Of a stretch of DNA of 21,630 bases, positions 8,681-17,550 are shown in pieces. Positions within the stretch are counted from its first letter, which is position 1. Every line of letters begins with the position of its first letter. The DNA lies in NCBI GenBank assembly GCA_019894975.1, contig JAGXNO010000049.1:1-21630 (forward strand), written 5' to 3'. The translations under genes and the position numbers were made by a program. The DNA comes from Promethearchaeota archaeon. Lineage in GTDB: Archaea > Asgardarchaeota > Lokiarchaeia > Sigyniarchaeales > SOKP01. The notes beneath the pieces were generated by a model. It saw nothing but the letters and a program-made list of their open reading frames with translations. It was not told the origin of the DNA and searched no databases.

Positions 8681-8948
8681 GAGTATTCCTCTAAGATCAC
8701 TTTGATTCAGTATATTTAATATAATCCTAATTAGAATGCTTTCTATATAATCCTTACTAGAATGTGTTTTTTGGCTAGAAAAGAATTAGATAACCTATTT
8801 CTTTTTTATTATTATTAAGAATTTTGCTTTCTGATATACGTCCATCTTTTTTAATACTGTTTACTTCTGATTAAGAGAGCAGGATAACGATTTAACTGAA
8901 TAGCAAATCAGATTTATTAAGGTGCATATTGACTCATATTGATTAAGT

Positions 8949-8960
8949 AAAAAAAAAAAA
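8949..8960 (-). terminator. Oligo-T terminator downstream of LVIVD gene A
   Basis: Run of about 12 A on the + strand (T on the coding strand), about 17 nt past the stop at 8978. Confidence 0.55.
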
Positions 8961-8977
8961 ATTATTGTTAAAACTCC

Positions 8978-11900
8978 TTATTTATTGCCCTTAATTAAAA
9001 AGCTTTTTCTCTTTTTTATAAGAATTAAGCTAATTATACTTAAGGTTGTAATTATAAGAAATGCATTACTGAATGGAATAGATTCCCCAGAGGAGGAAGA
9101 CCCAGTAATCGTTACTTTTATTGTACCAGAACCAAAATTTCCGTTATCATCGGTTATTGTAATTGTAAATTCATACACGCCAGGTTCAAGTCCTTCAGTA
9201 ATATCATAGGTAATTGTGCCTCCACTCGTCCATGTTAATGGACCTATGACGATTCCTGTCCCGTTTAATTCAATGGTGTATGTCCCGGGGAAGATATCTG
9301 TTGCGCTCCATGAAATATTTAAATTACTGTATCCAATCTCAATCATAATATCATTTGAACTAAATGTAATAACTGGATCAGTAGTATCTTCGACAGTAAA
9401 AATAATACTCTCACTAGTGGAATTACCAATATCATCTGTGAAATTAACGATGTAGGTATATGTGCCTAAGCTAAATCCATTGGGGATGTTATAAGTTATG
9501 GCATTTCCGCTTGTCCAAGCTGAAGGTCCAACTATTATACCTGATCCTTGCAGTTCAATTGTATAAATGTTTGGATCTGTGTCAGTCGCTGTCCACGATA
9601 AACTTTGTCCAGTATATCCGAATTCTACATTAAAACTTCCTGGACTGTTAGTGATAACTGGCGGATTGTTTGCTTGAACCGTAAAATTAACACCATCTGT
9701 TGCATAGTTGTCATAGTCATCGGTAAAGTTAACTAGGTAATAATAATAACCTACAGCAATAGCATCAGGAATATTGTAGGTAATTGGATTTCCAGATGTC
9801 CAACTCGTTGGTCCTGCTACTAATCCAGATCCTGAAAATTCGATGGTATAAGTATCTGGATGAAGATCAGTTGCATTCCATGAAATAGAGGCGCCAGTAT
9901 ATCCTTCTTCTACAAAGATACTGGTAGGATTAAACGTGAATACTGGGGGGGTAGAATCCTGAACTGTAAAAGTGACTGTGTCTGCTATTGAATTTCCAAG
10001 AGTATCTGTAAAATTTATTTCATAGGTATAAGATCCTATGCTAAATCCATCAGGAATGTCGTATGCAACTGAAAATCCGCTTGTCCAACTGCTTGGACCT
10101 GCTACAGTTCCAGATCCCTGTAAAATTATAGTGTAAATATTGGGGTTGGTATCAGTTGCAGTCCATGATATACTCTGCCCGGTATATCCAAACTCTACTG
10201 AGTAATCACCAGTAGAACTTATTATTATCGGGATATCTGCTCCATATCTCTGTCTTACTTGAATGACAGCTAGCCCGGGATCAAAATCAGCAACATACGC
10301 GTAATCTCCTGTTACAAAAACATCAAATGAAAATCTATCTGTATCTCGATATGTTGGACTTCCTGGATTAGTTGGGTCTGAAACATCGATAATTGCTAAT
10401 CCTGAAGATTGATCAGCTACAAATGCGGTATCGCCACTTACAAAAACACCAAGTGCTAATCCCGAAGTATCTTCGTATACTGGTGAACCTGGATTTGTGG
10501 GATTAGAAATGTCAATGACAGCCAAACCCGAATCGTAGTCTGCAATATAAGCATAATCACCACTTATATATACATCATGTGAACTTCCAGTAGTATCTTC
10601 GTATACTGGTGAACCTGGATTTGTGGGATCTGAGATATCGAAGACTGCTAAACCTTGACCTCCAACAGCTAAGTAAGCATAATTCCCCTCTACATAAATA
10701 CCCTCAGCTGATCCAGGGATATCTTCAAACACAGGAGTCCCTGGATTTGTAGGATCGGAAATATCAATAACAGCTAAACCATTATCACCTACCGCTACAT
10801 ACGCATAATCTCCACTTACAAATACATCATTCGCAGATTCTGTTGTGGCTTCGTAAACAGGGGCTCCTGGATTTGTTGGGTTAGAAATGTCTATGACCGC
10901 TAAACCATCAAACCCGTTAGCGATGTAAGCATAATCACCGCTAATAAAAACATCAAATGCATAGCTAGCTGTATCCTCATAAACCGGAGTTCCAGGATTA
11001 ATAGGATCGGAAATGTCTATAACTCCTAATCCCGATGTCCTAGCTGCAATATAAGCATAATCTCCACTTACAAAAACACCTTGTGCATCTCCAGTTAGAT
11101 CTTCATAAATTGGTGTTGACGGAATTATATTTTCCGAAATATCAATAACCGCTAAGCCCTCTTCATAATCCGCTACATAGGCATAATTTCCACTCAAATA
11201 GACATCAACCGCATTCCCATTCGTATCTTCATAAAGAAATAGTTTGGGATTTGTTGGGTTAGAAACATCGATAATCGCTAATCCCTCTTCATAAGCTGTT
11301 ACATAGACATAATCTCCATCCACGTAAACTTCTTTAGCATATCCATTTGTATCCTCGTAGACTGGGGTTAGCGGATTTGTAGGATCGGAAATGTCAATGA
11401 CAGCTAATCCCCCACCACCATCTGCGATATACGCGTAATCTCCACTTACATAAACACCTTCTGCCCAATCTGCTGTATCTTCATACACGGGTGGTCCTGG
11501 ATTAGTGGGGTCAGAAATGTCAATGACAGCCAGCCCCGAGGTACCACATCCGAGGTAAGCATAATCCCCTTCAATATAAATACCACGAGCACCCCCAGTT
11601 GTAGATTCATACACAGGTGTCCCTGGATTAGTTGGATCCGAAATGTCAATGACCGCTAAACCATTTAAATCAGCCAGATAAGCGTAATCTCCACTCACAA
11701 AAATGTCAAATGAAAATCCGCTTGTATCTTCCTGAATGGGTGTTCCGGGGTTTGTTGGATCTGAAATATCAATGACTTGTAAACCATTGCTATAAGCGGC
11801 TACATAAGCATAATCCCCACTCACATAAACATCACGAGCTGATCCTGAGGTGTCTTCGTATACGGGAGTTCCAGGGTTTGTCGGGTTAGAGATATCGATG

Positions 11901-12142
11901 ATTGCTAAACCATCGCTATTATCGGCTACATAAGCGTAATCTCCACTCACGTAAATACCACGAGCATCTCCAGTTAAGTTTTCATAATAAATAGAAGAAT
12001 TTAGGGGTAATTCTTCTGAGTATATACTGTTAGAACTACGTTCAGGAACGTAATTAACTACTGATAAAGAAGTAATCAGAATTATGAGTAAAATATTTGT
12101 CTTTATTAAATTTGCTCTTAAATTTTGCATTGAATTCACCAT
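8978..12142 (-). CDS. LVIVD-repeat surface protein A: signal peptide, 14 LVIVD blades, 4 Ig-like domains, Loki-CTERM-like anchor
   Basis: N-terminal hydrophobic helix; 14 repeats of consensus TxGxAxDVxVSGDYAYVAxxxxGLAVIDISDPTNPGTPVYED; four ~95-aa SWTATD...YTY.VNFTD units; IPFSN-TM-KKRK tail. The true start may be ATG 12130 (GGTGA 5 nt upstream; MQNLR aligns with MQKLK of the paralog). Confidence 0.92.
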   Translation of the reverse strand: MVNSMQNLRANLIKTNILLIILITSLSVVNYVPERSSNSIYSEELPLNSSIYYENLTGDARGIYVSGDYAYVADNSDGLAIIDISNPTNPGTPVYEDTSGSARDVYVSGDYAYVAAYSNGLQVIDISDPTNPGTPIQEDTSGFSFDIFVSGDYAYLADLNGLAVIDISDPTNPGTPVYESTTGGARGIYIEGDYAYLGCGTSGLAVIDISDPTNPGPPVYEDTADWAEGVYVSGDYAYIADGGGGLAVIDISDPTNPLTPVYEDTNGYAKEVYVDGDYVYVTAYEEGLAIIDVSNPTNPKLFLYEDTNGNAVDVYLSGNYAYVADYEEGLAVIDISENIIPSTPIYEDLTGDAQGVFVSGDYAYIAARTSGLGVIDISDPINPGTPVYEDTASYAFDVFISGDYAYIANGFDGLAVIDISNPTNPGAPVYEATTESANDVFVSGDYAYVAVGDNGLAVIDISDPTNPGTPVFEDIPGSAEGIYVEGNYAYLAVGGQGLAVFDISDPTNPGSPVYEDTTGSSHDVYISGDYAYIADYDSGLAVIDISNPTNPGSPVYEDTSGLALGVFVSGDTAFVADQSSGLAIIDVSDPTNPGSPTYRDTDRFSFDVFVTGDYAYVADFDPGLAVIQVRQRYGADIPIIISSTGDYSVEFGYTGQSISWTATDTNPNIYTIILQGSGTVAGPSSWTSGFSVAYDIPDGFSIGSYTYEINFTDTLGNSIADTVTFTVQDSTPPVFTFNPTSIFVEEGYTGASISWNATDLHPDTYTIEFSGSGLVAGPTSWTSGNPITYNIPDAIAVGYYYYLVNFTDDYDNYATDGVNFTVQANNPPVITNSPGSFNVEFGYTGQSLSWTATDTDPNIYTIELQGSGIIVGPSAWTSGNAITYNIPNGFSLGTYTYIVNFTDDIGNSTSESIIFTVEDTTDPVITFSSNDIMIEIGYSNLNISWSATDIFPGTYTIELNGTGIVIGPLTWTSGGTITYDITEGLEPGVYEFTITITDDNGNFGSGTIKVTITGSSSSGESIPFSNAFLIITTLSIISLILIKKRKSFLIKGNK
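10250..11977 (-). repeat. 14 tandem ~126-bp LVIVD repeat units in gene A
   Basis: 42-aa periodicity. An exact 38-bp match at 10466-10503 and 10592-10629 is spaced 126 bp apart. Confidence 0.92.
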
Positions 12143-12219
12143 TTTATTAATTTTTTTTAAAGATTTCTTTTAATATTAAGATAAAACATAATTGTATTTA
12201 TGAGTATCTTTGTAAAATT

Positions 12220-12231
12220 GACAAAACAGTC
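12220..12231. promoter_or_regulatory. Candidate operator GAC-N6-GTC upstream of LVIVD gene A
   Basis: GACAAAACAGTC. A similar motif lies upstream of gene B. Confidence 0.3.
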
Positions 12232-12369
12232 CATTTCCTTCTATAAGAAGAGTGAACAACAAAGAAAAGTAATCAAATTCGTTAATATACCCTTTATTTT
12301 CGCAATTATTAAGAATCAGATTAAAATGCTAAAAAAATAATAAAAAAAAAGATTAGATTTAGTATATCA

Positions 12370-15237
12370 TCAATTATTCATTTTAAAACGGGAACTAGGA
12401 CGTAACTTCCTTTTTCTTAAAATAACAAGACTTATAACCATTAATCCGGTAAATAACCAGAAAAGATTACCAAACGGGATTGCTCCATCTGATGAACTAG
12501 TTATGGTAACAGTTATTATAGCAGATGCAGAATTCCCACCTTCATCAGTTAAGATAATATTAAAGGTATAATCTCCAGGGGTTAAATCTAAAGGTAAGTC
12601 ATAATTAATTGGGTCTCCACTTGTCCAACTTATCGGACCAACGACAATTCCCGTACCTACTAGTTCGATCGTATAAGTATCTGGAGTTGCATCTGTTGCT
12701 GTCCATGAGAGATCCAAGTCACTATATCCGACTGCAATAGTGACGTTACCAGAACTAAAAGTTATAATGGGATCAGTGGTATCTTCTATCGTAATAGTAA
12801 CTGAATCACTAATCGTATTACCTCCTTGATCAGTAAAGTTAGCTCGATATGTATAAGGGCTTAGCCCGAGTCCATCGGGAATGTTATAATAAGCATTTAT
12901 GCCAGACTCCCAGGTAGTAGGTCCTGCAACAATTCCGATACCTATAAGTTCAACCGTAAAGGTATCTGGGGTTGCGTCAGTCAGCGTCCATGAAATGCTT
13001 CTACCTGTGTACCCAGCTTCTATAGATATATCATTAGGGATGAGTGTAAAGAATGGATCGATTGTATCCTCAATAGTTACAAGTACATCATCTTGGATAT
13101 AATTCCCATAATCATCCCAAAATCTAATTGTATATTGATATAATCTCGCATCAAGCCCATCTGGAATATTATAAGTAATGGTATTTCCGCTGGTCCAAGG
13201 TGTAGCATTCACAACAGAGCCTGTGAGTTGTTCAAATATCGTATACGTGTCAGGATTTGCATCGGTCGCAGTCCAGTCCAAAGTATAGCCGCTATAGTCG
13301 GATTCAATAGAGAAATCGCTAGGAAAGCCGACAATCAGCGGTTCTTCCTTGTCGATTCTTTGCTTAACTTGGATGATAGCCAAACCTGAGCTATAATCCG
13401 CTACGTAGGCATAATCTCCGACTACGTGGACATTACGCGCAGAGCCCGTAGTGTCTTCGTAAACCGATGCTCCAGGATTATGTGGATATCTAACATTTAT
13501 ATGAACAAGCCCCGCAGAACCGTCTGCTAAATACGCATAATTACCACTAAGGAAGACACCATATGCATCTGCAGTTGTAATGGCATAATATGGAGTTCCT
13601 GGATTTGATGGATTAGAAACATCGATAATGGCTAATCCCTCATTGAAGTCTGCCACGAAAGCATAATCTCCCTCGACCCAAACCCCTGCAGCATATCCAT
13701 TTGTATCCTCATAGACAGGGGTTCCTGGATTGGTTGGATCTGAAATGTCAATAACAGCTAAACCCGAATCACCATCGGCAACATAAGCATAATCCCCACT
13801 TATAAATACATCCCCTGCCCAATCTGCTGTATTTTCATAGACAGGTGTTCCTGGATTTGTAGGATCAAAGATGTTTATAATTGCTAATCCTGAAGCTGCA
13901 TCTGCTATAAACGCATAGTCTCCCCTTACATGAATACCAAGTGAATTACCACTTGTGTCCTCATAGACAGGTGTTCCAGGATTCGTTGGATTCGAAATAT
14001 CAATAACAACTAATCCTGCTGCACTGGATGCCACGTAGGCATAATCACCTTGCACATCTACTTCAAAACAGTTTCCGGCTGTATTTTCATACACCGGTGT
14101 ACCTGGACTTGTGGGATCAGAGATATCGATGACCGCTAATCCCGCGTCGCTAACGGCTACATAAGCATAATCTCCACTTACTTGAACATCCATAGCATTT
14201 CCAGTAGTCGCTTCATATACGGGGGTGGTAGGATCTATATTTTCTGCAATATCAATGATTGCTAATCCTGTTGTGCCATCAGCAACAAAGGCATAATTAC
14301 CAGTAATAAAAACATCAGTTGATGTTCCAATAGTACTATCATATACCGGAATTCCCGGATTTGTAGGATCAGAGATGTTTATAATTGCTAATCCAGAACT
14401 ATAATCTCCCACATAGGCAAAATCTCCTTCTACCAAAATCCCCCTGGCAGCACCTGTTGTATCTTCATACACAGGGATTCCCGGGCTTGTGGGATCTGAA
14501 ATATCAATAACTGCTAACCCAGAATCCCTATCTGCCACGTAAGCATAATTTCCACTAATAAATACACCTACCGCCCAATCTGCTGTATCTTCATACACAG
14601 GGGTTCCGGGATTTGTAGGATCTGAGATATCAATAATTGCTAGTCCTGTAGTACCATCAGCAACATAAGCATAATTACCGCTTATAAAAACATCACCTGA
14701 GTTTCCTCCAGTGTCTTCATATACAGGTGTTCCTGGATTTGAAGGGTTAGAAATATCGATCACTGCTAATCCAGAAGTACCCGTAGCAAGATAAGCATAA
14801 TTTCCACTAATAAATACACCGAGAGCTTGTTGCGTTGTATCTTCATACACAGGAGTTCCCGGATTTGATGGATCAGAAATATCAATAACAGCTAAACCTG
14901 AGTTGCTATCTGCCACATAGGCGTAATTACCACTTACATAGACATCCCTCGCATTTCCAGTCGTATCCTCGTAAATAGGTGATCCAGGAGTTGCTATGTT
15001 GGTAACGTCAATAACGGCTAATCCGGAGTCATCATCAGCGATGTAGGCATAATTCCCACTTACAACAACGCCATAAGTAGTTCCACTCGTATTACGGTAG
15101 TAAATTGAGGAATTTTTCGGAGTAATGGCGTCTAAATCATTGGTTGGATTTCTTAAATTAACTAGGCTTGGATAAAACATTAAAAAAATAATGAATACAA
15201 CTAGTATTCTTAAAACTTTCATTTTTAGTTTTTGCAT
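12370..15237 (-). CDS. LVIVD-repeat surface protein B: signal peptide, 14 LVIVD blades, 3 Ig-like domains, Loki-CTERM-like anchor
   Basis: Same architecture as gene A with one fewer stalk domain. Tail is IPFGNLFWLFTGLMVISLVILRKRK. Confidence 0.92.
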   Translation of the reverse strand: MQKLKMKVLRILVVFIIFLMFYPSLVNLRNPTNDLDAITPKNSSIYYRNTSGTTYGVVVSGNYAYIADDDSGLAVIDVTNIATPGSPIYEDTTGNARDVYVSGNYAYVADSNSGLAVIDISDPSNPGTPVYEDTTQQALGVFISGNYAYLATGTSGLAVIDISNPSNPGTPVYEDTGGNSGDVFISGNYAYVADGTTGLAIIDISDPTNPGTPVYEDTADWAVGVFISGNYAYVADRDSGLAVIDISDPTSPGIPVYEDTTGAARGILVEGDFAYVGDYSSGLAIINISDPTNPGIPVYDSTIGTSTDVFITGNYAFVADGTTGLAIIDIAENIDPTTPVYEATTGNAMDVQVSGDYAYVAVSDAGLAVIDISDPTSPGTPVYENTAGNCFEVDVQGDYAYVASSAAGLVVIDISNPTNPGTPVYEDTSGNSLGIHVRGDYAFIADAASGLAIINIFDPTNPGTPVYENTADWAGDVFISGDYAYVADGDSGLAVIDISDPTNPGTPVYEDTNGYAAGVWVEGDYAFVADFNEGLAIIDVSNPSNPGTPYYAITTADAYGVFLSGNYAYLADGSAGLVHINVRYPHNPGASVYEDTTGSARNVHVVGDYAYVADYSSGLAIIQVKQRIDKEEPLIVGFPSDFSIESDYSGYTLDWTATDANPDTYTIFEQLTGSVVNATPWTSGNTITYNIPDGLDARLYQYTIRFWDDYGNYIQDDVLVTIEDTIDPFFTLIPNDISIEAGYTGRSISWTLTDATPDTFTVELIGIGIVAGPTTWESGINAYYNIPDGLGLSPYTYRANFTDQGGNTISDSVTITIEDTTDPIITFSSGNVTIAVGYSDLDLSWTATDATPDTYTIELVGTGIVVGPISWTSGDPINYDLPLDLTPGDYTFNIILTDEGGNSASAIITVTITSSSDGAIPFGNLFWLFTGLMVISLVILRKRKLRPSSRFKMNN
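13358..15090 (-). repeat. 14 tandem ~126-bp LVIVD repeat units in gene B
   Basis: 42-aa periodicity. Blade 7 ends in IAENID instead of ISDPTN, as in gene A (ISENII). Confidence 0.92.
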
Positions 15238-15312
15238 TGAAATTCAATTGTTGAAATTTGTGGTTACTAATTATTTATTCCACTATAATAGAAAAATAAA
15301 TCGGTTAATACC

Positions 15313-15324
15313 GACAAATATGTC
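15313..15324. promoter_or_regulatory. Candidate operator GACA-N4-TGTC in the divergent LVIVD-B / CoA-ligase promoter region
   Basis: GACAAATATGTC is an inverted repeat, 9/12 identical to 12220-12231. Confidence 0.3.
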
Positions 15325-15428
15325 TACTAATTGTCTCTTCTAGTTTTAGAAATTTAATCATTGGTTCTGCTTAAAGAGCAAAATAATGTTTTAATTGAAT
15401 AAATAATTTGACTTTGTAAGGTGGTATA

Positions 15429-16871
15429 TTGACTCAAATCGACTTTTTCGAGAAATTATTTTACCCAAAAACGCTCGCTTTTATAGGGGCCAATCCAAGA
15501 AGAATATGGCATTTAGCTGGATACATAAACAGATTTCCAAAAGATTCTCTGTATATAGTTTCGAATTATATTGATGAACTTAAAGAAAAACATGAAGAAT
15601 TTATAAAAGGTGTGAATATTTACGCAGATATTTCAGAGATTCCTGATGAAATAGACCACACTGTTATATCGGTCAGCAGAAATAGACTACTAGAAACAAT
15701 AAAGACCTGTTTAGAAAAAAGATTTTATACTATCCATGTATTTTCAGCAGGAACTGGTGAATTCGATGAGAAAGGATTTGAAATTGAATCAGAATTATAT
15801 GAATTATTCAAGAACAACAAAAATAGTCGACTTGTTGGACCAAACTGTATGGGACTTTACAGTCCAAGAGGAAAATTCTCATATAGCGGAGGGTTTAGTG
15901 AACAAGCAGGTAATTTTGCATTAGTTTCACAAAGTGGAGATCTTACTAATCGGATTGTTTATGATCTAAATTCTAAAGGTGTTTATTTCTCTTTTGCGGC
16001 GAGTGTAGGAAACTCAATTTCACTTAGATCTTCAGATTTGATAGACTTCTATAATAGGGACGAAAATACCGATGCTATATTATCCTATATGGAGGGTTTT
16101 TCTCAATTTCGAAAGAATGAATTTGAGGGGAGAATCTTTTTCGAATCATTGAAGAAGAATAAGAAACCATTACTTTTATTGAAAGGTGGAATGTCAGAGT
16201 TAGGAAAAAGAGCAGCAAGCAGTCATACAGGTTCATTAGCATCACAAGACGCAATTTGGAATTCTATATTCAAGCAGACAAATGCAATCCCAATAGTATC
16301 ATTAGAAGAGTTAGTAGATACTGCTGTATTGTTTAGATTCTGCTCTAATTGTGAACCAAAACATAATAGTATATTAATGATAACTTATAGTGGAGGATCT
16401 TCAGTGTTAGGTGTAGACTCAATTGCTCGATTGAATGCCGGAATAGATGTTCCTGCAATTCGAGAACCCACTCATTCCAAGATGAAAGAATTAATCAGAG
16501 TAGGATCAATTACAAATCCTTTGGATCTTCCGGATGTGAGAGACGAAAATGTCCGAATTGAATTGTTCAAATTAGCGGTTAGTGAAGAATATATATCTGG
16601 AGCTATTCGGCTTACTGGGGGGCCTAGAACTATGGGAAAAGATCCAGATAAAGAAGTAATAGATAAATTCTATGCCGATTTAATGAGATACAAAGAAATA
16701 TGCACTAAATTGAATAAACCTTTTATGCTAACTGTTCCTAGTACGAGCGATGAAGATTTCAGAAAAAAGCTAATTGAATTGGAAATTCCTGCTTTCTCCA
16801 GCTTTTCAAGGGCAGCTAAAGCTTTTTCGAATTTGTATCGTTATAAAAATCCTAAATATTCAGAGACATAA
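15429..16871 (+). CDS. CoA-binding protein, ADP-forming acyl-CoA synthetase (acetate--CoA ligase) alpha-subunit family
   Basis: LFYPKTLAFIGAN, VGPNCMG, VSQSG, SVGN and AASSHTGSLA (phospho-His motif), plus TNPLDL. TTG start preceded by AGGTGG. Confidence 0.9.
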   Translation: MTQIDFFEKLFYPKTLAFIGANPRRIWHLAGYINRFPKDSLYIVSNYIDELKEKHEEFIKGVNIYADISEIPDEIDHTVISVSRNRLLETIKTCLEKRFYTIHVFSAGTGEFDEKGFEIESELYELFKNNKNSRLVGPNCMGLYSPRGKFSYSGGFSEQAGNFALVSQSGDLTNRIVYDLNSKGVYFSFAASVGNSISLRSSDLIDFYNRDENTDAILSYMEGFSQFRKNEFEGRIFFESLKKNKKPLLLLKGGMSELGKRAASSHTGSLASQDAIWNSIFKQTNAIPIVSLEELVDTAVLFRFCSNCEPKHNSILMITYSGGSSVLGVDSIARLNAGIDVPAIREPTHSKMKELIRVGSITNPLDLPDVRDENVRIELFKLAVSEEYISGAIRLTGGPRTMGKDPDKEVIDKFYADLMRYKEICTKLNKPFMLTVPSTSDEDFRKKLIELEIPAFSSFSRAAKAFSNLYRYKNPKYSET

Positions 16872-16970
16872 AATCTACTAATAAGGGTAGAAGCGCTCTA
16901 AAGTGTCTATATGAAAGTGAGATAAACTAATCGCCTACAAATCTATGTTTTTTTTTTCTAAATTTACTGT

Positions 16971-17328
16971 AGTGAACTAGAAGAGGTTCTAGAGGTTACG
17001 AGAAAGGGCAGAGAAATTTCAGAAAAAGCGCGTAGAATCTCAGAGGAAATTAATAATGTTCAATACCTTGCTGCAGCATTGAGTTCTGAAGTTGAAATCG
17101 TATCAGATATGACAAAATATAAAATAGAATATCAAATACTTTCAATATTACCGAGAAGTATTGCTAAAAACTCAGGATTTAAGAAAAGTCTCTAAGGATA
17201 CTATTTCAACTCTTATTGAATTAAAAGATATTACAAAAGTTAGCGAAGTTAAGGATGTACTAGTGTTTGTGAGTTATGTAACGAAGGATTCTAACGATTT
17301 TAAAATCAGAGATATCGCAGAAATTTAA
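16971..17328 (+). pseudogene. Decayed gene: thermosome/TCP-1-like segment followed, after a stop and frameshift, by the start of a TIR-like domain
   Basis: First frame, to TAA at 17193: ...QYLAAALSSEVEIVSDMTKY...ILSILPRSIAKNSGF (compare group II chaperonin ALEIIPRTLAENAGL). Second frame, from 17197: DTISTLIELK (compare DPIDxLxELR), then VLVFVSYVTKDSNDFKIRDIAE (TIR beta-A VFxSY motif). Confidence 0.45.
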
Positions 17329-17550
17329 ACTCGCTAAATCAATAAAAAATTCCTAACTTTCACGAGATTGATCAACTTCATAATTTCGAATTTTATAGTA
17401 TAATTTTTTTTATTTTTGTTTCTATAAAATTAAGTTTGAACAAACATCTTTAAATATCTAAAAGCAGTATATCAATATAACATACTCTTAAGAAATAATA
17501 TAATTTAATAAAAATTTAATTAAATAATTGAAAAAGTGGAGGAATTAAAA

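Noticed and set aside
10250-15090. CRISPR array or diversity-generating retroelement as the explanation for the 126-bp repeats
   Set aside because: The repeats are in-frame protein-coding units with synonymous variation. There are no cas or reverse transcriptase genes, and no template/variable pair differing only at adenines.
16945-16980. ATG-T10 tract as a phase-variable start for the chaperonin/TIR remnant
   Set aside because: All three frames after the tract hit a stop within a few codons, so no tract length restores the gene.
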